Origin: Hyphomicrobiales bacterium
Lineage (GTDB): Bacteria; Pseudomonadota; Alphaproteobacteria; Rhizobiales; Aestuariivirgaceae
NCBI GenBank assembly: GCA_031370475.1
Contig: JANMQL010000181.1
Location: forward strand, 1 to 49,217
Direction of reading: 5' to 3'
DNA length: 49,217 nt
Below, piece by piece: positions 27,886 through 37,177 of this stretch (position 1 is the first letter of the stretch; every line of letters begins with the position of its first letter). The notes under the pieces were generated by a model, which was given only the letters and a program-made list of their open reading frames with translations, had not been told where the DNA came from and searched no databases. The translations under genes were made by a program, and so were the position numbers.

Positions 27886-28014
27886 GCCGGATCGGTAAAA
27901 TTCGACCGTTCCCCTTCACCTCCCCGAAATGCTCTCTTGCTAAAGGTGAATCCCAAATATGGGCAGCCGGTGCCGCCTTGGCGCCGGACGTTATGACGGA
28001 ACGGGAGACAGGTC

Positions 28015-28563
28015 ATGTGGGGTCGATCGAAGCGGGTGGTGCGGCGAGCGTTGCGCCGATTCGGCCAATCCCAGGGCGGCGCGGCCGCCGTCGAGTTCGC
28101 GCTGGTCGCCGGACCGTTCTTTTTCGTGCTGGGCACCATCGCCGAGACCGGACTGATGCTGTTTTCCGAGTATGCCATCCAGAATTCGGTTCAAGGCGCG
28201 GCCCGCGAAATCAGAACCCATCAGATTGCCACCGATGCCGGCGTGCTGTTGAAGACCGCCGCCGAATTCAAGACCGACCTGTGCCAGAAGATCACATCGC
28301 TGATCGATTGCGCCAACAAGGTCACGGTTTATGTCAACAGCGCCACCACCTTCGCCGGCCTCAAAACCGCCATGCCCAATTACCTCACCATCGGTCCGGG
28401 CGGGCCGACCTCGTATAACCCCGGCAATTCGCTCTATGCCGTCGGCGTGGTCGCAACCTACGATTGGGATTTCGCCTTCCCCTTGATGGAATTCCTTGGA
28501 AATATCAGTGGCGGCAGCATGCGCCGGCTGCACGGCATCGCAGTGTTCAGCAACGAACCGTAA
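28015..28563 (+). CDS. TadE/TadG-family minor pilin
   Basis: G/AAAVEFALVA prepilin motif, AAREIRT and C-terminal FSNEP. Confidence 0.9.
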   Translation: MWGRSKRVVRRALRRFGQSQGGAAAVEFALVAGPFFFVLGTIAETGLMLFSEYAIQNSVQGAAREIRTHQIATDAGVLLKTAAEFKTDLCQKITSLIDCANKVTVYVNSATTFAGLKTAMPNYLTIGPGGPTSYNPGNSLYAVGVVATYDWDFAFPLMEFLGNISGGSMRRLHGIAVFSNEP

Positions 28564-28582
28564 CGCGGCAGGGGAAACCGTC

Positions 28583-29134
28583 ATGATCCGCAAAATCAGC
28601 ATCTTCGCCCGCGACAGCCGCGGCATCGCGGCCATCGAAATGGCCTTTATCATGCCGGCGCTGCTGTTTCTCTATTTCGGGCTCGTCGACCTTACCGGCC
28701 TGATTACGCTGAACCGCAAGATCTCATATTCCTCCAGTGTGGTGGCGGATCTGGTCAGCCAGAACAAGACGACGGTCACCAGTGCGAATATCACGGACTA
28801 CTTCAACGCCGCCGAGCTCGTCATGTCGCCGACCCCGATCGCCAATTTGCGGGTCGATGTCTATGATTATTACAGCAACGCCGGCACGATCACCATGCGC
28901 TGGTCTAAATCCAGCACGGGTGGCACGTCCTGCGGTACACCCTCGACCGCGAACTTGGCGAATCTGATGACCGACGGCAACGATGTGGTTCTCGTCCTCG
29001 CCTGCTCGACTTACACGCCCTATCTCGCCACCTTCCTCGGCCAAAATGTTCTCGGTGCGACCAGCTTCTCCTTGGACGGCCAGACCGCTCTGCGTCCGCG
29101 CACGTCGGCAACGCTTGCCTGCACTGGCTGCTGA
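28583..29134 (+). CDS. TadE/TadG-family minor pilin
   Basis: RDSRG/IAAIEMAFIMP, VADLVSQ and C-terminal RPR...C..C. Confidence 0.9.
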   Translation: MIRKISIFARDSRGIAAIEMAFIMPALLFLYFGLVDLTGLITLNRKISYSSSVVADLVSQNKTTVTSANITDYFNAAELVMSPTPIANLRVDVYDYYSNAGTITMRWSKSSTGGTSCGTPSTANLANLMTDGNDVVLVLACSTYTPYLATFLGQNVLGATSFSLDGQTALRPRTSATLACTGC

Positions 29135-29158
29135 CGCTTTCCCTTTCCGGCAAGAACG

Positions 29159-29187
29159 GGCACCGTCGCGGCGGTGCCTTTTTCTTT
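29159..29187 (+). terminator. Intrinsic terminator
   Basis: GGCACCGT-CGCG-GCGGTGCC-TTTTTCTTT. Confidence 0.75.
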
Positions 29188-29238
29188 GCGCAGGCCCCGC
29201 CCGCACGCTATGGATCGGCTCCTGCCGGGGTAAATCTC

Positions 29239-30081
29239 TTGGAACTCACCGTCTTTCTCGCCGTGCTCGCCGCGGCCGTCATGCATGCGGGCTGGAACGT
29301 GCTGGTCAAGCTCAAGCTCGACCGGTTCCTGTCGCTGTTCCTGCTGCAGACGCTGATGGGCGTCATGGGATTAGCCATGCTGGCGGTCTTCGCCTGGCCG
29401 AGCGCGGACAGCCTTCCATATGCCCTGACCTCCGGCATCCTGCATACGGGCTACAATATCTTCCTGGCCCGCAGCTATCGCACCGGCGATCTCAGCCAGG
29501 TCTACCCGATCGCGCGGGGAACGGCGCCGCTGCTGACGCTGATCGTCACTTGGCTGGTGGCTCACGAGGCGATCGGCATGGCCACGGGCACCGGCATCGG
29601 CGTGCTGGTGGCGGGCATCTGGATGACCGGCCTGGTGGGCAAGCGCGGCCTGAAGCTCGACGGGATGACGCTGTTCTTCGCGCTCGGCACCTCGGTGTTC
29701 ATCGCCGCCTATACGGTGGTCGACGGGCTCGGCGGCCGCGCCTCGGGATCGCCTTCGGGCTATGCGGCCCTGGTGTTCCTGCTCGACGCCATATTCCTGT
29801 TCTTCACCGGCATTTCCATGCGCGGGCCCGGCATCGTCCGCCAGGTGGCGCCTTACTGGAAGAGCGGCCTGGCGGGAGCGGCGCTTTCGGCTTCCGCCTA
29901 CTGGATCGTCATATGGGCCATGACGCTGGCGCCGATCGCCGCGGTGGCGGCGCTGCGCGAGACCAGCATCCTGTTCGTCATGCTGATGTCGATACGGGTG
30001 CTGAAGGAAACGGTCACGGCGACGCGCATCGCCGGCGCCCTGCTCATCGTCGCCGGCGCCGTCATTCTCAGGATCGCGTGA
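29239..30081 (+). CDS. EamA/DMT family transporter
   Basis: HAGWN, GDLSQVYPIARG, YTVVDG and ALRETSI; about ten hydrophobic segments; TTG start. Confidence 0.88.
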   Translation: MELTVFLAVLAAAVMHAGWNVLVKLKLDRFLSLFLLQTLMGVMGLAMLAVFAWPSADSLPYALTSGILHTGYNIFLARSYRTGDLSQVYPIARGTAPLLTLIVTWLVAHEAIGMATGTGIGVLVAGIWMTGLVGKRGLKLDGMTLFFALGTSVFIAAYTVVDGLGGRASGSPSGYAALVFLLDAIFLFFTGISMRGPGIVRQVAPYWKSGLAGAALSASAYWIVIWAMTLAPIAAVAALRETSILFVMLMSIRVLKETVTATRIAGALLIVAGAVILRIA

Positions 30082-31570
30082 AGCTGCCGGCGTATCGCTT
30101 GCGCAGCTCGGCCTTCTGCACCTTGCCCATGGCGTTGCGCGGCAGTTCATCCACCACATGGATGCGTTTGGGCACTTTGAACTTTGCCAGCCGCGCCGCC
30201 AGACCGGCGATCATTTCGGATTCGGGCGGCAGCCGTTTCCGCGCCGTCACCACGGCAATGACGGCCTCGCCGAAATCCGGGTGGGGCACGCCGATCACCG
30301 CCGATTCGACGACGCCGTCGATGGCGTCGAGCCGTTCCTCGATCTCCTTGGGATAGATGTTGAGACCGCCGGAGATGATAACATCCTTGGCGCGGCCGAC
30401 AATGGCGAGGCGGCCGTGGTCGTCCATGGTTCCGACGTCGCCGGTAATGAAGTAGCCGTCGGACGTGAAATCCTCCGCCGTCTTCTCCGGCATCCGCCAA
30501 TAACCCTTGAAGACATTTGGCCCCTTCACCTCGATAACGCCCGCGCCGGCGATGCGGACATGGACGCCCGGCAGCGCGAAGCCGACACTGCCGGCGATGC
30601 GCTCGCCGTCACAAGGGTTGGAAGCGATCATGCCGGTTTCAGTCATGCCGTAGCGCTCGAGAATGGCATGGCCCGTGCGGGCGGAAAATTCCCGGTGAGT
30701 GTCCGCCAGCAGCGGCGCCGAACCCGATATGAAGAGGCGCATGTTGCGGCAGACCTCGCGGGTGAATGCCGGAGCTGCGAGAAGCCGCGTGTAGAAGGTG
30801 GGTACGCCCATCATCAGGGTTGCCCGCGGCAGGGCGTTAATGACCGCATCGGCATCGAAACGCTCAAACCACAGAATTTCGGCGGCAGCGAGGAAGGCGG
30901 TGTTGAGCGCCACATAGAGGCCATGCACGTGAAATATGGGCAGCGCATGCAGCAACCCATCGGAAGCGCCGATGCGCCAGAGATTGACCAGTGCCTCGGC
31001 ATTGGCGGCGAGATTGCCGTGGGTGATCATGGCGCCCTTGGAGCGGCCGGTGGTGCCGGAAGTGTAGAGAAGGCCGGCGAGATCGTCGGCCTGGCGCGCC
31101 ACCGTCGCGTGCCTCTCGTCCATGCGGGCGGCGAGATCGGCGAGCGAGCCTTCGCCTCTGGCATCGAGATTAACGACAGCGGCGACCCGGTGCCGGTCGG
31201 CCAATTGGCGCATGGATTTCTGCCGCGACGGATCGCAGACGACGATCTCGGGTTCCGCATCGCCGACGAAATATTCGATTTCCGCCTCCGTGTAGGCCGG
31301 GTTGAGCGGCTGAAAGACGGCGCCCGATTTCATCGCCGCCAGATAGAGCAACACATTGGCCAAGGATTTTTCGACCTGCACGGTAATGCGGTCGCCGGGC
31401 CCGGCGCCGAGGGCTGCCAGCGCGTTGGCATAACGGTTCACGGCCCGGCGCAATTCCGCATAGGTGAGCAGCGCCGCGCCGCCGGGGGCGCGGAAGGCGG
31501 TCTTGCCGCCGGCCCGCTCGAAGGCCCGGTCGAAGGCCGAATAAAGATTGTGATCGGTCACGGCGAGCAT
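30068..31570 (-). CDS. matB: Malonyl-CoA synthetase-like acyl-CoA ligase
   Basis: YTSGTTGRSKGAM, HALPIFHVHGL, ERYGMTET, GPNVFKGYWRMPEKT and LPRNAMGKVQK. Confidence 0.88.
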   Translation of the reverse strand: MLAVTDHNLYSAFDRAFERAGGKTAFRAPGGAALLTYAELRRAVNRYANALAALGAGPGDRITVQVEKSLANVLLYLAAMKSGAVFQPLNPAYTEAEIEYFVGDAEPEIVVCDPSRQKSMRQLADRHRVAAVVNLDARGEGSLADLAARMDERHATVARQADDLAGLLYTSGTTGRSKGAMITHGNLAANAEALVNLWRIGASDGLLHALPIFHVHGLYVALNTAFLAAAEILWFERFDADAVINALPRATLMMGVPTFYTRLLAAPAFTREVCRNMRLFISGSAPLLADTHREFSARTGHAILERYGMTETGMIASNPCDGERIAGSVGFALPGVHVRIAGAGVIEVKGPNVFKGYWRMPEKTAEDFTSDGYFITGDVGTMDDHGRLAIVGRAKDVIISGGLNIYPKEIEERLDAIDGVVESAVIGVPHPDFGEAVIAVVTARKRLPPESEMIAGLAARLAKFKVPKRIHVVDELPRNAMGKVQKAELRKRYAGSFTRS

Positions 31571-31738
31571 CTCTTAAGTTTCGATTTCCGTCATGGCTTT
31601 GTCATTTCGGACTGGCAATGATGAACGCGCAGGGAGGCGTTAAGTAAAGTTCCCAAGCCCTGCATACCCCGACCGCCATGCCGAGGCGCGGCTGCGCCAT
31701 AGGCCCCTTTGCGCTTCGCGCCCGGCATGGTTCCTTGA

Positions 31739-32905
31739 TCAAGCGAGGAAATCGCCCATGCGGGCGAGCGCCTCGCGGATGCCGGCTTCACTCGCCGCAT
31801 AGGAAAGGCGCAAGTACCCCTTGCCGTTGTGGCCGAAACTTTCGCCGGGCAGCACGGCCACATGGGCCTTTTCGAGCAGTTCCCGGGCCAGCACTCCGGA
31901 ATCGCGGCCGGTGCCCATGATATTGGGGAAGGCATAGAAGGCGCCGCCGGGCATCCGGCATTTGATGCCCTTGATGGCATTCAATCCTTCAACCACGATG
32001 CCGCGCCGCTGCTCGAAGCTCTGGCGGAAACGCTCGATCTCGTCCATGGGCCCGGTGATTGCCGCGAGCCCCGCCATCTGGGTGGCAACGCTGGTGCAGG
32101 AATGATCGACGGTGATCAGTTTCTTCACGTGCTCAATCAGAGCTTTCGGCCAGATGCCGAAGCCGAGCCGCCAACCGGTCATGGCGAAGGTCTTGGACCA
32201 GCCGTCGAGGATCACGGTGCGGTCGCGCAATTCCGGGAAGCTGAGGAAACTGGTGAACTCGGCGCCCTTGAAGATCAGATGGCTGTAGATTTCATCGGAG
32301 AGGATCGCCACCTGCGGGTGCTTCAGGAGGCCCTCGGCGAGCTTCCGCATTTCCCGGCGCGCCACCACGCCGCCGGTCGGATTGGCCGGGGAATTGACGA
32401 TGATCAGCCGGGTGGCGGGTGTCACGAGCGACAGGACCTCCTCGGCATCGAAGCCGAAATCCTTGTCCTCGCGGATCGGATAGGGAACCGGTCTGGCGCC
32501 CGACGAGCGCGCCGCGTCGCGGTAGGGCGGGAAGCCCGGATCGGGATAGAGGATTTCCGTGCCCTGCCCGCCGAACAACTGGCAGGCGAAATAGAAGGTC
32601 ACCTTGCCGCCGGGAACGATCACGACCTCTTCGGCCGCCACCGGCACCTTGAATCTTCGTGCGACATATTGCGCCACCGCATCGCGCAGCACGGCCAGGC
32701 CCTGCGGCGAAGTGTAGCCGTGGGGGCCATCGCGCACCGCCTTCTCGGCCGCCTCGAGAATATGACGGGGCGGGGTGAAATCCGGCTGGCCGATGCCGAG
32801 ATTGATGACGGGGGCGCCTTGCGCCTTCAGCGCATTGGCGCGGTCGAGCACGGTGAAGGCGGTTTCTTCCTCGATGGCCGTCACATGGGGATTGAGCTTG
32901 AGCAT
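31739..32905 (-). CDS. PLP-dependent aminotransferase class I/II (aspartate aminotransferase-like)
   Basis: LGIGQPDF, NSPANPTG, SDEIY and WSKTFAMTGWRLG; real start MLKLN at 32905. Confidence 0.92.
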   Translation of the reverse strand: MLKLNPHVTAIEEETAFTVLDRANALKAQGAPVINLGIGQPDFTPPRHILEAAEKAVRDGPHGYTSPQGLAVLRDAVAQYVARRFKVPVAAEEVVIVPGGKVTFYFACQLFGGQGTEILYPDPGFPPYRDAARSSGARPVPYPIREDKDFGFDAEEVLSLVTPATRLIIVNSPANPTGGVVARREMRKLAEGLLKHPQVAILSDEIYSHLIFKGAEFTSFLSFPELRDRTVILDGWSKTFAMTGWRLGFGIWPKALIEHVKKLITVDHSCTSVATQMAGLAAITGPMDEIERFRQSFEQRRGIVVEGLNAIKGIKCRMPGGAFYAFPNIMGTGRDSGVLARELLEKAHVAVLPGESFGHNGKGYLRLSYAASEAGIREALARMGDFLA

Positions 32906-33771
32906 CAGGTCACATCGTCGATTGCGGGGTCGAGAAAATGGCTGACATTGCGTCCGCCATGACCCGTTTCCACGGCCTTGGCGAAGTGCCGCGCAACCGC
33001 CTCGGCCAAATCGCCGCCGCAGCCCAGCTTTTCGGCGAGCTCCGTATAGTAGCCGATATCCTTGGCGGCATTGGCAATGGAAAAGCGGTAGCCGTCGAAA
33101 TCGCCGGCCAGGGCCGGCGCCACCATCTTGCGCAGCACGCCGGAATTGCCGGAGCCGTTGAGCATGACCTCGAAAAGATCGCCCCAGTCGAGCCCGGCTT
33201 TGCGGGCGGCGGCGAAGGCCTCGGTCACCAGAGCGATCATGCCGGTGACCAGATAATTGGAAATGAGCTTGGCGGTGTGGCCCGAACCCGGCGGACCGAA
33301 ATGGCGGATGGTGGTGGCGAAGCATTTGAGCATGGGCTCGATGGCGGCGAAGGTCTTGTCGTCGGCGCCGCACAGCACACCGAGCTCGGCCTTCTCCGCC
33401 TGCTCCGGTCCGCCGGTCAGCGGCGCATCGGCATAGCCCACGCCGATACGGCCAAGCTCGCGGGCCAGCCTTCTCGTGGTTTCGGGCTCGGAGGTTCCGG
33501 CATCGACGACGATCTGGCCGCCGCGCAGGTGGGGTCTGAGCCTGGCGATGGTTTCTTCCACGACCTTCGAGGTCGAGAGGCAAAGCAGGATCACTTCGGC
33601 GTTGCCCGCGACGGCCGCCAAATCCGCCGCCTCCACGGCCCCGCGCGCCACCAGATCCTCGACGGGGGCGCGATTGCGGTGCGCCAGCACCGTCACACTA
33701 TGTCCGCCCTTGAGCAGATTGAGAGCCATGCCGTGGCCCATGAGGCCCGCCCCGATTAATCCGATACGCAT
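32905..33771 (-). CDS. NAD(P)-dependent beta-hydroxyacid dehydrogenase (3-hydroxyisobutyrate dehydrogenase family)
   Basis: IGLIGAGLMGHGMALNL, DAPLTGG, GHTAKLISN and KDIGY. Confidence 0.9.
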   Translation of the reverse strand: MRIGLIGAGLMGHGMALNLLKGGHSVTVLAHRNRAPVEDLVARGAVEAADLAAVAGNAEVILLCLSTSKVVEETIARLRPHLRGGQIVVDAGTSEPETTRRLARELGRIGVGYADAPLTGGPEQAEKAELGVLCGADDKTFAAIEPMLKCFATTIRHFGPPGSGHTAKLISNYLVTGMIALVTEAFAAARKAGLDWGDLFEVMLNGSGNSGVLRKMVAPALAGDFDGYRFSIANAAKDIGYYTELAEKLGCGGDLAEAVARHFAKAVETGHGGRNVSHFLDPAIDDVT

Positions 33772-33834
33772 GAGTGGTTCCACTTCCCCGGAAAGCGCGC
33801 TAGGTTCCGCGCCCGAAACCTTAAGGACCGGATC

Positions 33835-35271
33835 ATGGCGCTGCACAAGAATTACATCAATGGCGAATGGGTGGAAGGCAAAGGTGTCCGGGAGAATATC
33901 AATCCTTCCGACCTTTCCGACGTGGTCGGCGAATATGCCCAGGCCGACCGGGCCCAGGCGGAAACGGCCATCGCGGCGGCGCGCGCCGCTTGTCCCTCCT
34001 GGCAGGCGACGACGCCGCAGCAGCGCGCCGATATTCTGGAGGCCGTGGGCGCCGAGCTTCTCGCTCGCAAAGATGAAATCGGCAGGCTCCTGTCGCGCGA
34101 GGAGGGCAAGCCGCTCGCCAACGGCATCGCCGAAACCATGCGGGCCGCCCAGATTTTCAAGTTCCATGCCCAGGAGGCCTTGCGCATCGAGGGTGTTGCC
34201 ATCGCCTCGGTCAGGCCCGGCGTCGAGGTGACGATCAGCCGCGAGGCCCTCGGCGTCGTCGGCCTCATCTGCCCGTGGAATTTCCCCATCGCCATTCCGG
34301 CCTGGAAAATGGCGCCGGCGCTGGCCTTCGGAAATACCGTGGTGTTCAAGCCGGCCGATCTGGTGCCGGGAACGGCCTGGGCGCTCATTGAAATCCTGTC
34401 GCGGGCCGGCTTGCCCAAGGGCGTGGTCAATCTGGTGATGGGCCGGGGCTCGGTGGTGGGCCAGGCGATGCTCGATTCGAAAGATGTGAACGCCATCTCC
34501 TTCACCGGCTCGGTCGAAACCGGCGCCAAGGTGGCGATGGCCTGCGCGGCGCGCGGCGCCAAGTTCCAGCTCGAAATGGGCGGCAAGAATCCGCTGGTCG
34601 TGCTCGACGACGCCAATCTCGACGCCGCCGTGGCCGCCTCGATCGACGGCGCCTTCTACCAGACGGGACAGCGCTGCACGGCGTCCTCGCGCCTCATCGT
34701 GCAGAGCAAGGTGCATGATGCCTATGTGGAGAAAATGGTGGCGGCGATGAAGTCGCTCAAGGTCGATCACGCGCTCAAGGAAGGAACCCAGATGGGCCCG
34801 GTTGTCGACGAGGCGCAGATGGCCCAGGACGAAAAATACATCAAGATCGGCCGCGACGAAGGCGCCGAGCTCGCATGGGGCGGCGAGCGGCTCAATCGCG
34901 ACACCAAGGGCAATTACCTGTCGCCGGCGCTGTTCACCGGCACCACCAACCAAATGCGCATCAATCGCGAAGAAGTTTTCGGCCCGGTGGCGGCGGTGAT
35001 CAAAGTGGACAGCTACGACGAGGCGCTGGCGGTGGCCAACGACACGCCCTTCGGCCTGTCGTCGGGCATCTTCACCAATTCGCTCAAATACGCGAGCGAC
35101 TTCCGCCGGAAATCGGCGGCCGGCATGGCGATGATCAATCTGCCGACGGCGGGGGTGGACTATCATGTCCCCTTCGGCGGCCGCAAAGGCTCAAGCTATG
35201 GCGCCCGCGAACAGGGCCGCCATGCGGCGGAATTCTATACGGCGATCAAGACCGCCTACACGCTGGCGTAG
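33835..35271 (+). CDS. Aldehyde dehydrogenase (alpha-ketoglutaric semialdehyde dehydrogenase-like)
   Basis: PWNFPIAIP, FTGS, LEMGGKNP, TGQRCTA, EEVFGP and PFGGRKGSSYG. Confidence 0.92.
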   Translation: MALHKNYINGEWVEGKGVRENINPSDLSDVVGEYAQADRAQAETAIAAARAACPSWQATTPQQRADILEAVGAELLARKDEIGRLLSREEGKPLANGIAETMRAAQIFKFHAQEALRIEGVAIASVRPGVEVTISREALGVVGLICPWNFPIAIPAWKMAPALAFGNTVVFKPADLVPGTAWALIEILSRAGLPKGVVNLVMGRGSVVGQAMLDSKDVNAISFTGSVETGAKVAMACAARGAKFQLEMGGKNPLVVLDDANLDAAVAASIDGAFYQTGQRCTASSRLIVQSKVHDAYVEKMVAAMKSLKVDHALKEGTQMGPVVDEAQMAQDEKYIKIGRDEGAELAWGGERLNRDTKGNYLSPALFTGTTNQMRINREEVFGPVAAVIKVDSYDEALAVANDTPFGLSSGIFTNSLKYASDFRRKSAAGMAMINLPTAGVDYHVPFGGRKGSSYGAREQGRHAAEFYTAIKTAYTLA

Positions 35272-35283
35272 CCGTCCCACACA

Positions 35284-35488
35284 TTCCCCTTCTCCCCGCA
35301 CGCAGTGCGGGGAGAAGGTGCCCGACCTGGCTACGCCGAAGCGAAGCTTCAGCTTCGCCAAGGCGAGAGGGCGGATGAGGGGTGTGTTGCAGCGTGGAAG
35401 ACCAACAATTCGACACGCGGAGAAACCACCCCTCATCCGGCGCTACGCGCCACCTTCTCCCCGCCGCGAGCGGCAGGGAGAAGGGGAA
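35284..35488. repeat. 205-bp mosaic palindromic element (MITE/RIME-like) between convergent genes
   Basis: Terminal inverted repeats TTCCCCTTCTCCC/GGGAGAAGGGGAA; inner inverted repeat CGGATGAGGGGTG/CACCCCTCATCCG; several local hairpins. Confidence 0.85.
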
Positions 35489-35503
35489 AATGAGAAGAGT
35501 CAC

Positions 35504-36109
35504 TCACGCCAGCACGATGCCGCGTTCGGCGAGGGACTTGCGGGTGGCCTCGGCCGAGCCGTTGAGATCGATGGCGCGGCAGGCGGCCTCGATCACTTCC
35601 GTCTCGAAGCCCAGCGCGCGGGCGTCCTCGGCCGAATAGCGCACGCAGAAATCGAAGGCGAGGCCAACGCAGACGGCCTTGGCGAAGCCGCGTTCCTTGA
35701 GATAGCCGGCAAGGCCGGTCGGCGTTTTGTGGTCGTTCTCGAAGAAGGCGGAATAGCTGTCGATCTCGCGGCGGAAGCCCTTGCGGACGATCAATTCGGC
35801 ATGGGGAATGTCGAGGCCCGCGTGAAAGGCCGAGCCCGGAGTCTGCTGGATGCAGTGGTCGGGCCACAGCGTCTGGGGGCCATAGGGCATGTCGATCTGG
35901 CCGAAGGGCGCCTGGCCTGGATGGCTGGAAGCAAAGGAGAGGTGGCCTTGAGGATGCCAGTCCTGGGTCAGCACCACATGCTTGAAGCCATGCGCCAGGC
36001 GATTGACGATATGAACCACTTCATGGCCGCCGGGCACGGCGAGATTGCCGCCCGGACAGAAATCATTCTGCATATCGACGACGATGAGGACGTCCGTGTC
36101 CTTGCGCAT
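35504..36109 (-). CDS. pncA: Nicotinamidase/pyrazinamidase
   Basis: VVDMQNDFCPGG, TQDWHP, WPDHC, DSYSAF and GLAFDFCV. Confidence 0.95.
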   Translation of the reverse strand: MRKDTDVLIVVDMQNDFCPGGNLAVPGGHEVVHIVNRLAHGFKHVVLTQDWHPQGHLSFASSHPGQAPFGQIDMPYGPQTLWPDHCIQQTPGSAFHAGLDIPHAELIVRKGFRREIDSYSAFFENDHKTPTGLAGYLKERGFAKAVCVGLAFDFCVRYSAEDARALGFETEVIEAACRAIDLNGSAEATRKSLAERGIVLA

Positions 36110-36119
36110 GCGCGTCTCC

Positions 36120-37061
36120 TTAAGCGGCGAGGGCGGCGGCACAGCCCTTCAGGGCCGGATACCGGTCGACGATCACATAGACCGGAATGGGCCGCATGAC
36201 ATGGGCGAGCCTGCCCTTTTCCTGGAATATGGTACGGAAGGGTCCGGCCTGCAATTTTCCGGCGATCGACGGCGCGATGCCGCCCGCCAGATAGACGCCG
36301 CCGCGGGCCTGCATGGTCATGGCGGCATCGCCGGCGATGCGGGCCAGCCAGACGATGAACTGGTCGAGGGTCCTGACCGCCGCCGCATCGCTGCCAGCTA
36401 GTGCTGCCTGCAGGACGGCCTCGGGGGTCGCAAGCAATGGCGGATCGGCAATGGTGCGGTACATGCGCAGCATGCCGCCGCCGGTGATCGCATCCTCGGA
36501 CTCGAAGGGAATGCCGGGCTTGCTCATCTTGCCGCGCCAGTCGAATTCCTCCTGGGTGGCGACGGGGAGAGTGATGTGGCCGACTTCGCCGGGCAAGGCC
36601 ATCCAGCCGCCCTGCGGCAGGGGTGCCAGCGTCGCCATGCCGAGGCCGGTGCCCGGTCCCATGACGATCTTGACCGCCGGCTTCGGCGGAGTCTCGCCAC
36701 CCACCTGCACGAGATCGGCGCCCGCCAGATGCGGCAGGGAGAGGGCCAGCGCCTCGAAGTCGTTCAATAGCCGGATGCGCCTGGCGCCAGAAGCCCTGCG
36801 CAGGCTCTCGGCCGAGAAGGTCCAGTCGCGGTTGGTCAGCGTAATGCGCTCGCGATCGACGGGGGCGGCAACCGCGATGGCCGTGGCGGCCAGATCCTTG
36901 AGGCCCCGCTCCTGCACATAATGGGCGGCGGCGTCCTCGAGCGAGGCAAAATTATCGTTCTTCAGGGCATCGATGTCGCGCACCCGGGTCGAGCCGGGCT
37001 CCACCAATCCGAAGCGGGAGTTGGTGCCCCCGATATCGCCGACAAGCGCCAGTTCAGTCAT
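36120..37061 (-). CDS. glk: Glucokinase
   Basis: GDIGGTNSRF, LTNRDW, LLNDFEA, GPGTGLG, GEVGH and GGVYLAGGIAP. Confidence 0.92.
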   Translation of the reverse strand: MTELALVGDIGGTNSRFGLVEPGSTRVRDIDALKNDNFASLEDAAAHYVQERGLKDLAATAIAVAAPVDRERITLTNRDWTFSAESLRRASGARRIRLLNDFEALALSLPHLAGADLVQVGGETPPKPAVKIVMGPGTGLGMATLAPLPQGGWMALPGEVGHITLPVATQEEFDWRGKMSKPGIPFESEDAITGGGMLRMYRTIADPPLLATPEAVLQAALAGSDAAAVRTLDQFIVWLARIAGDAAMTMQARGGVYLAGGIAPSIAGKLQAGPFRTIFQEKGRLAHVMRPIPVYVIVDRYPALKGCAAALAA

Positions 37062-37177
37062 GCTCAAACCCCGTATCCAACTGCCATTTTGCGAGGGCTT
37101 GGGCAACTGCCTTGATGGCTGGACGCTGGGGCCGAACCCGGCTAGAGACGGCTTTAACACTTCCAACCGGTATCCCA

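Noticed and set aside
35165-35639. Small ORFs crossing the ALDH-pncA gap
   Set aside because: They are translations of the palindromic element (for example PLIRRYAPPSP), with no RBS or coding signal.
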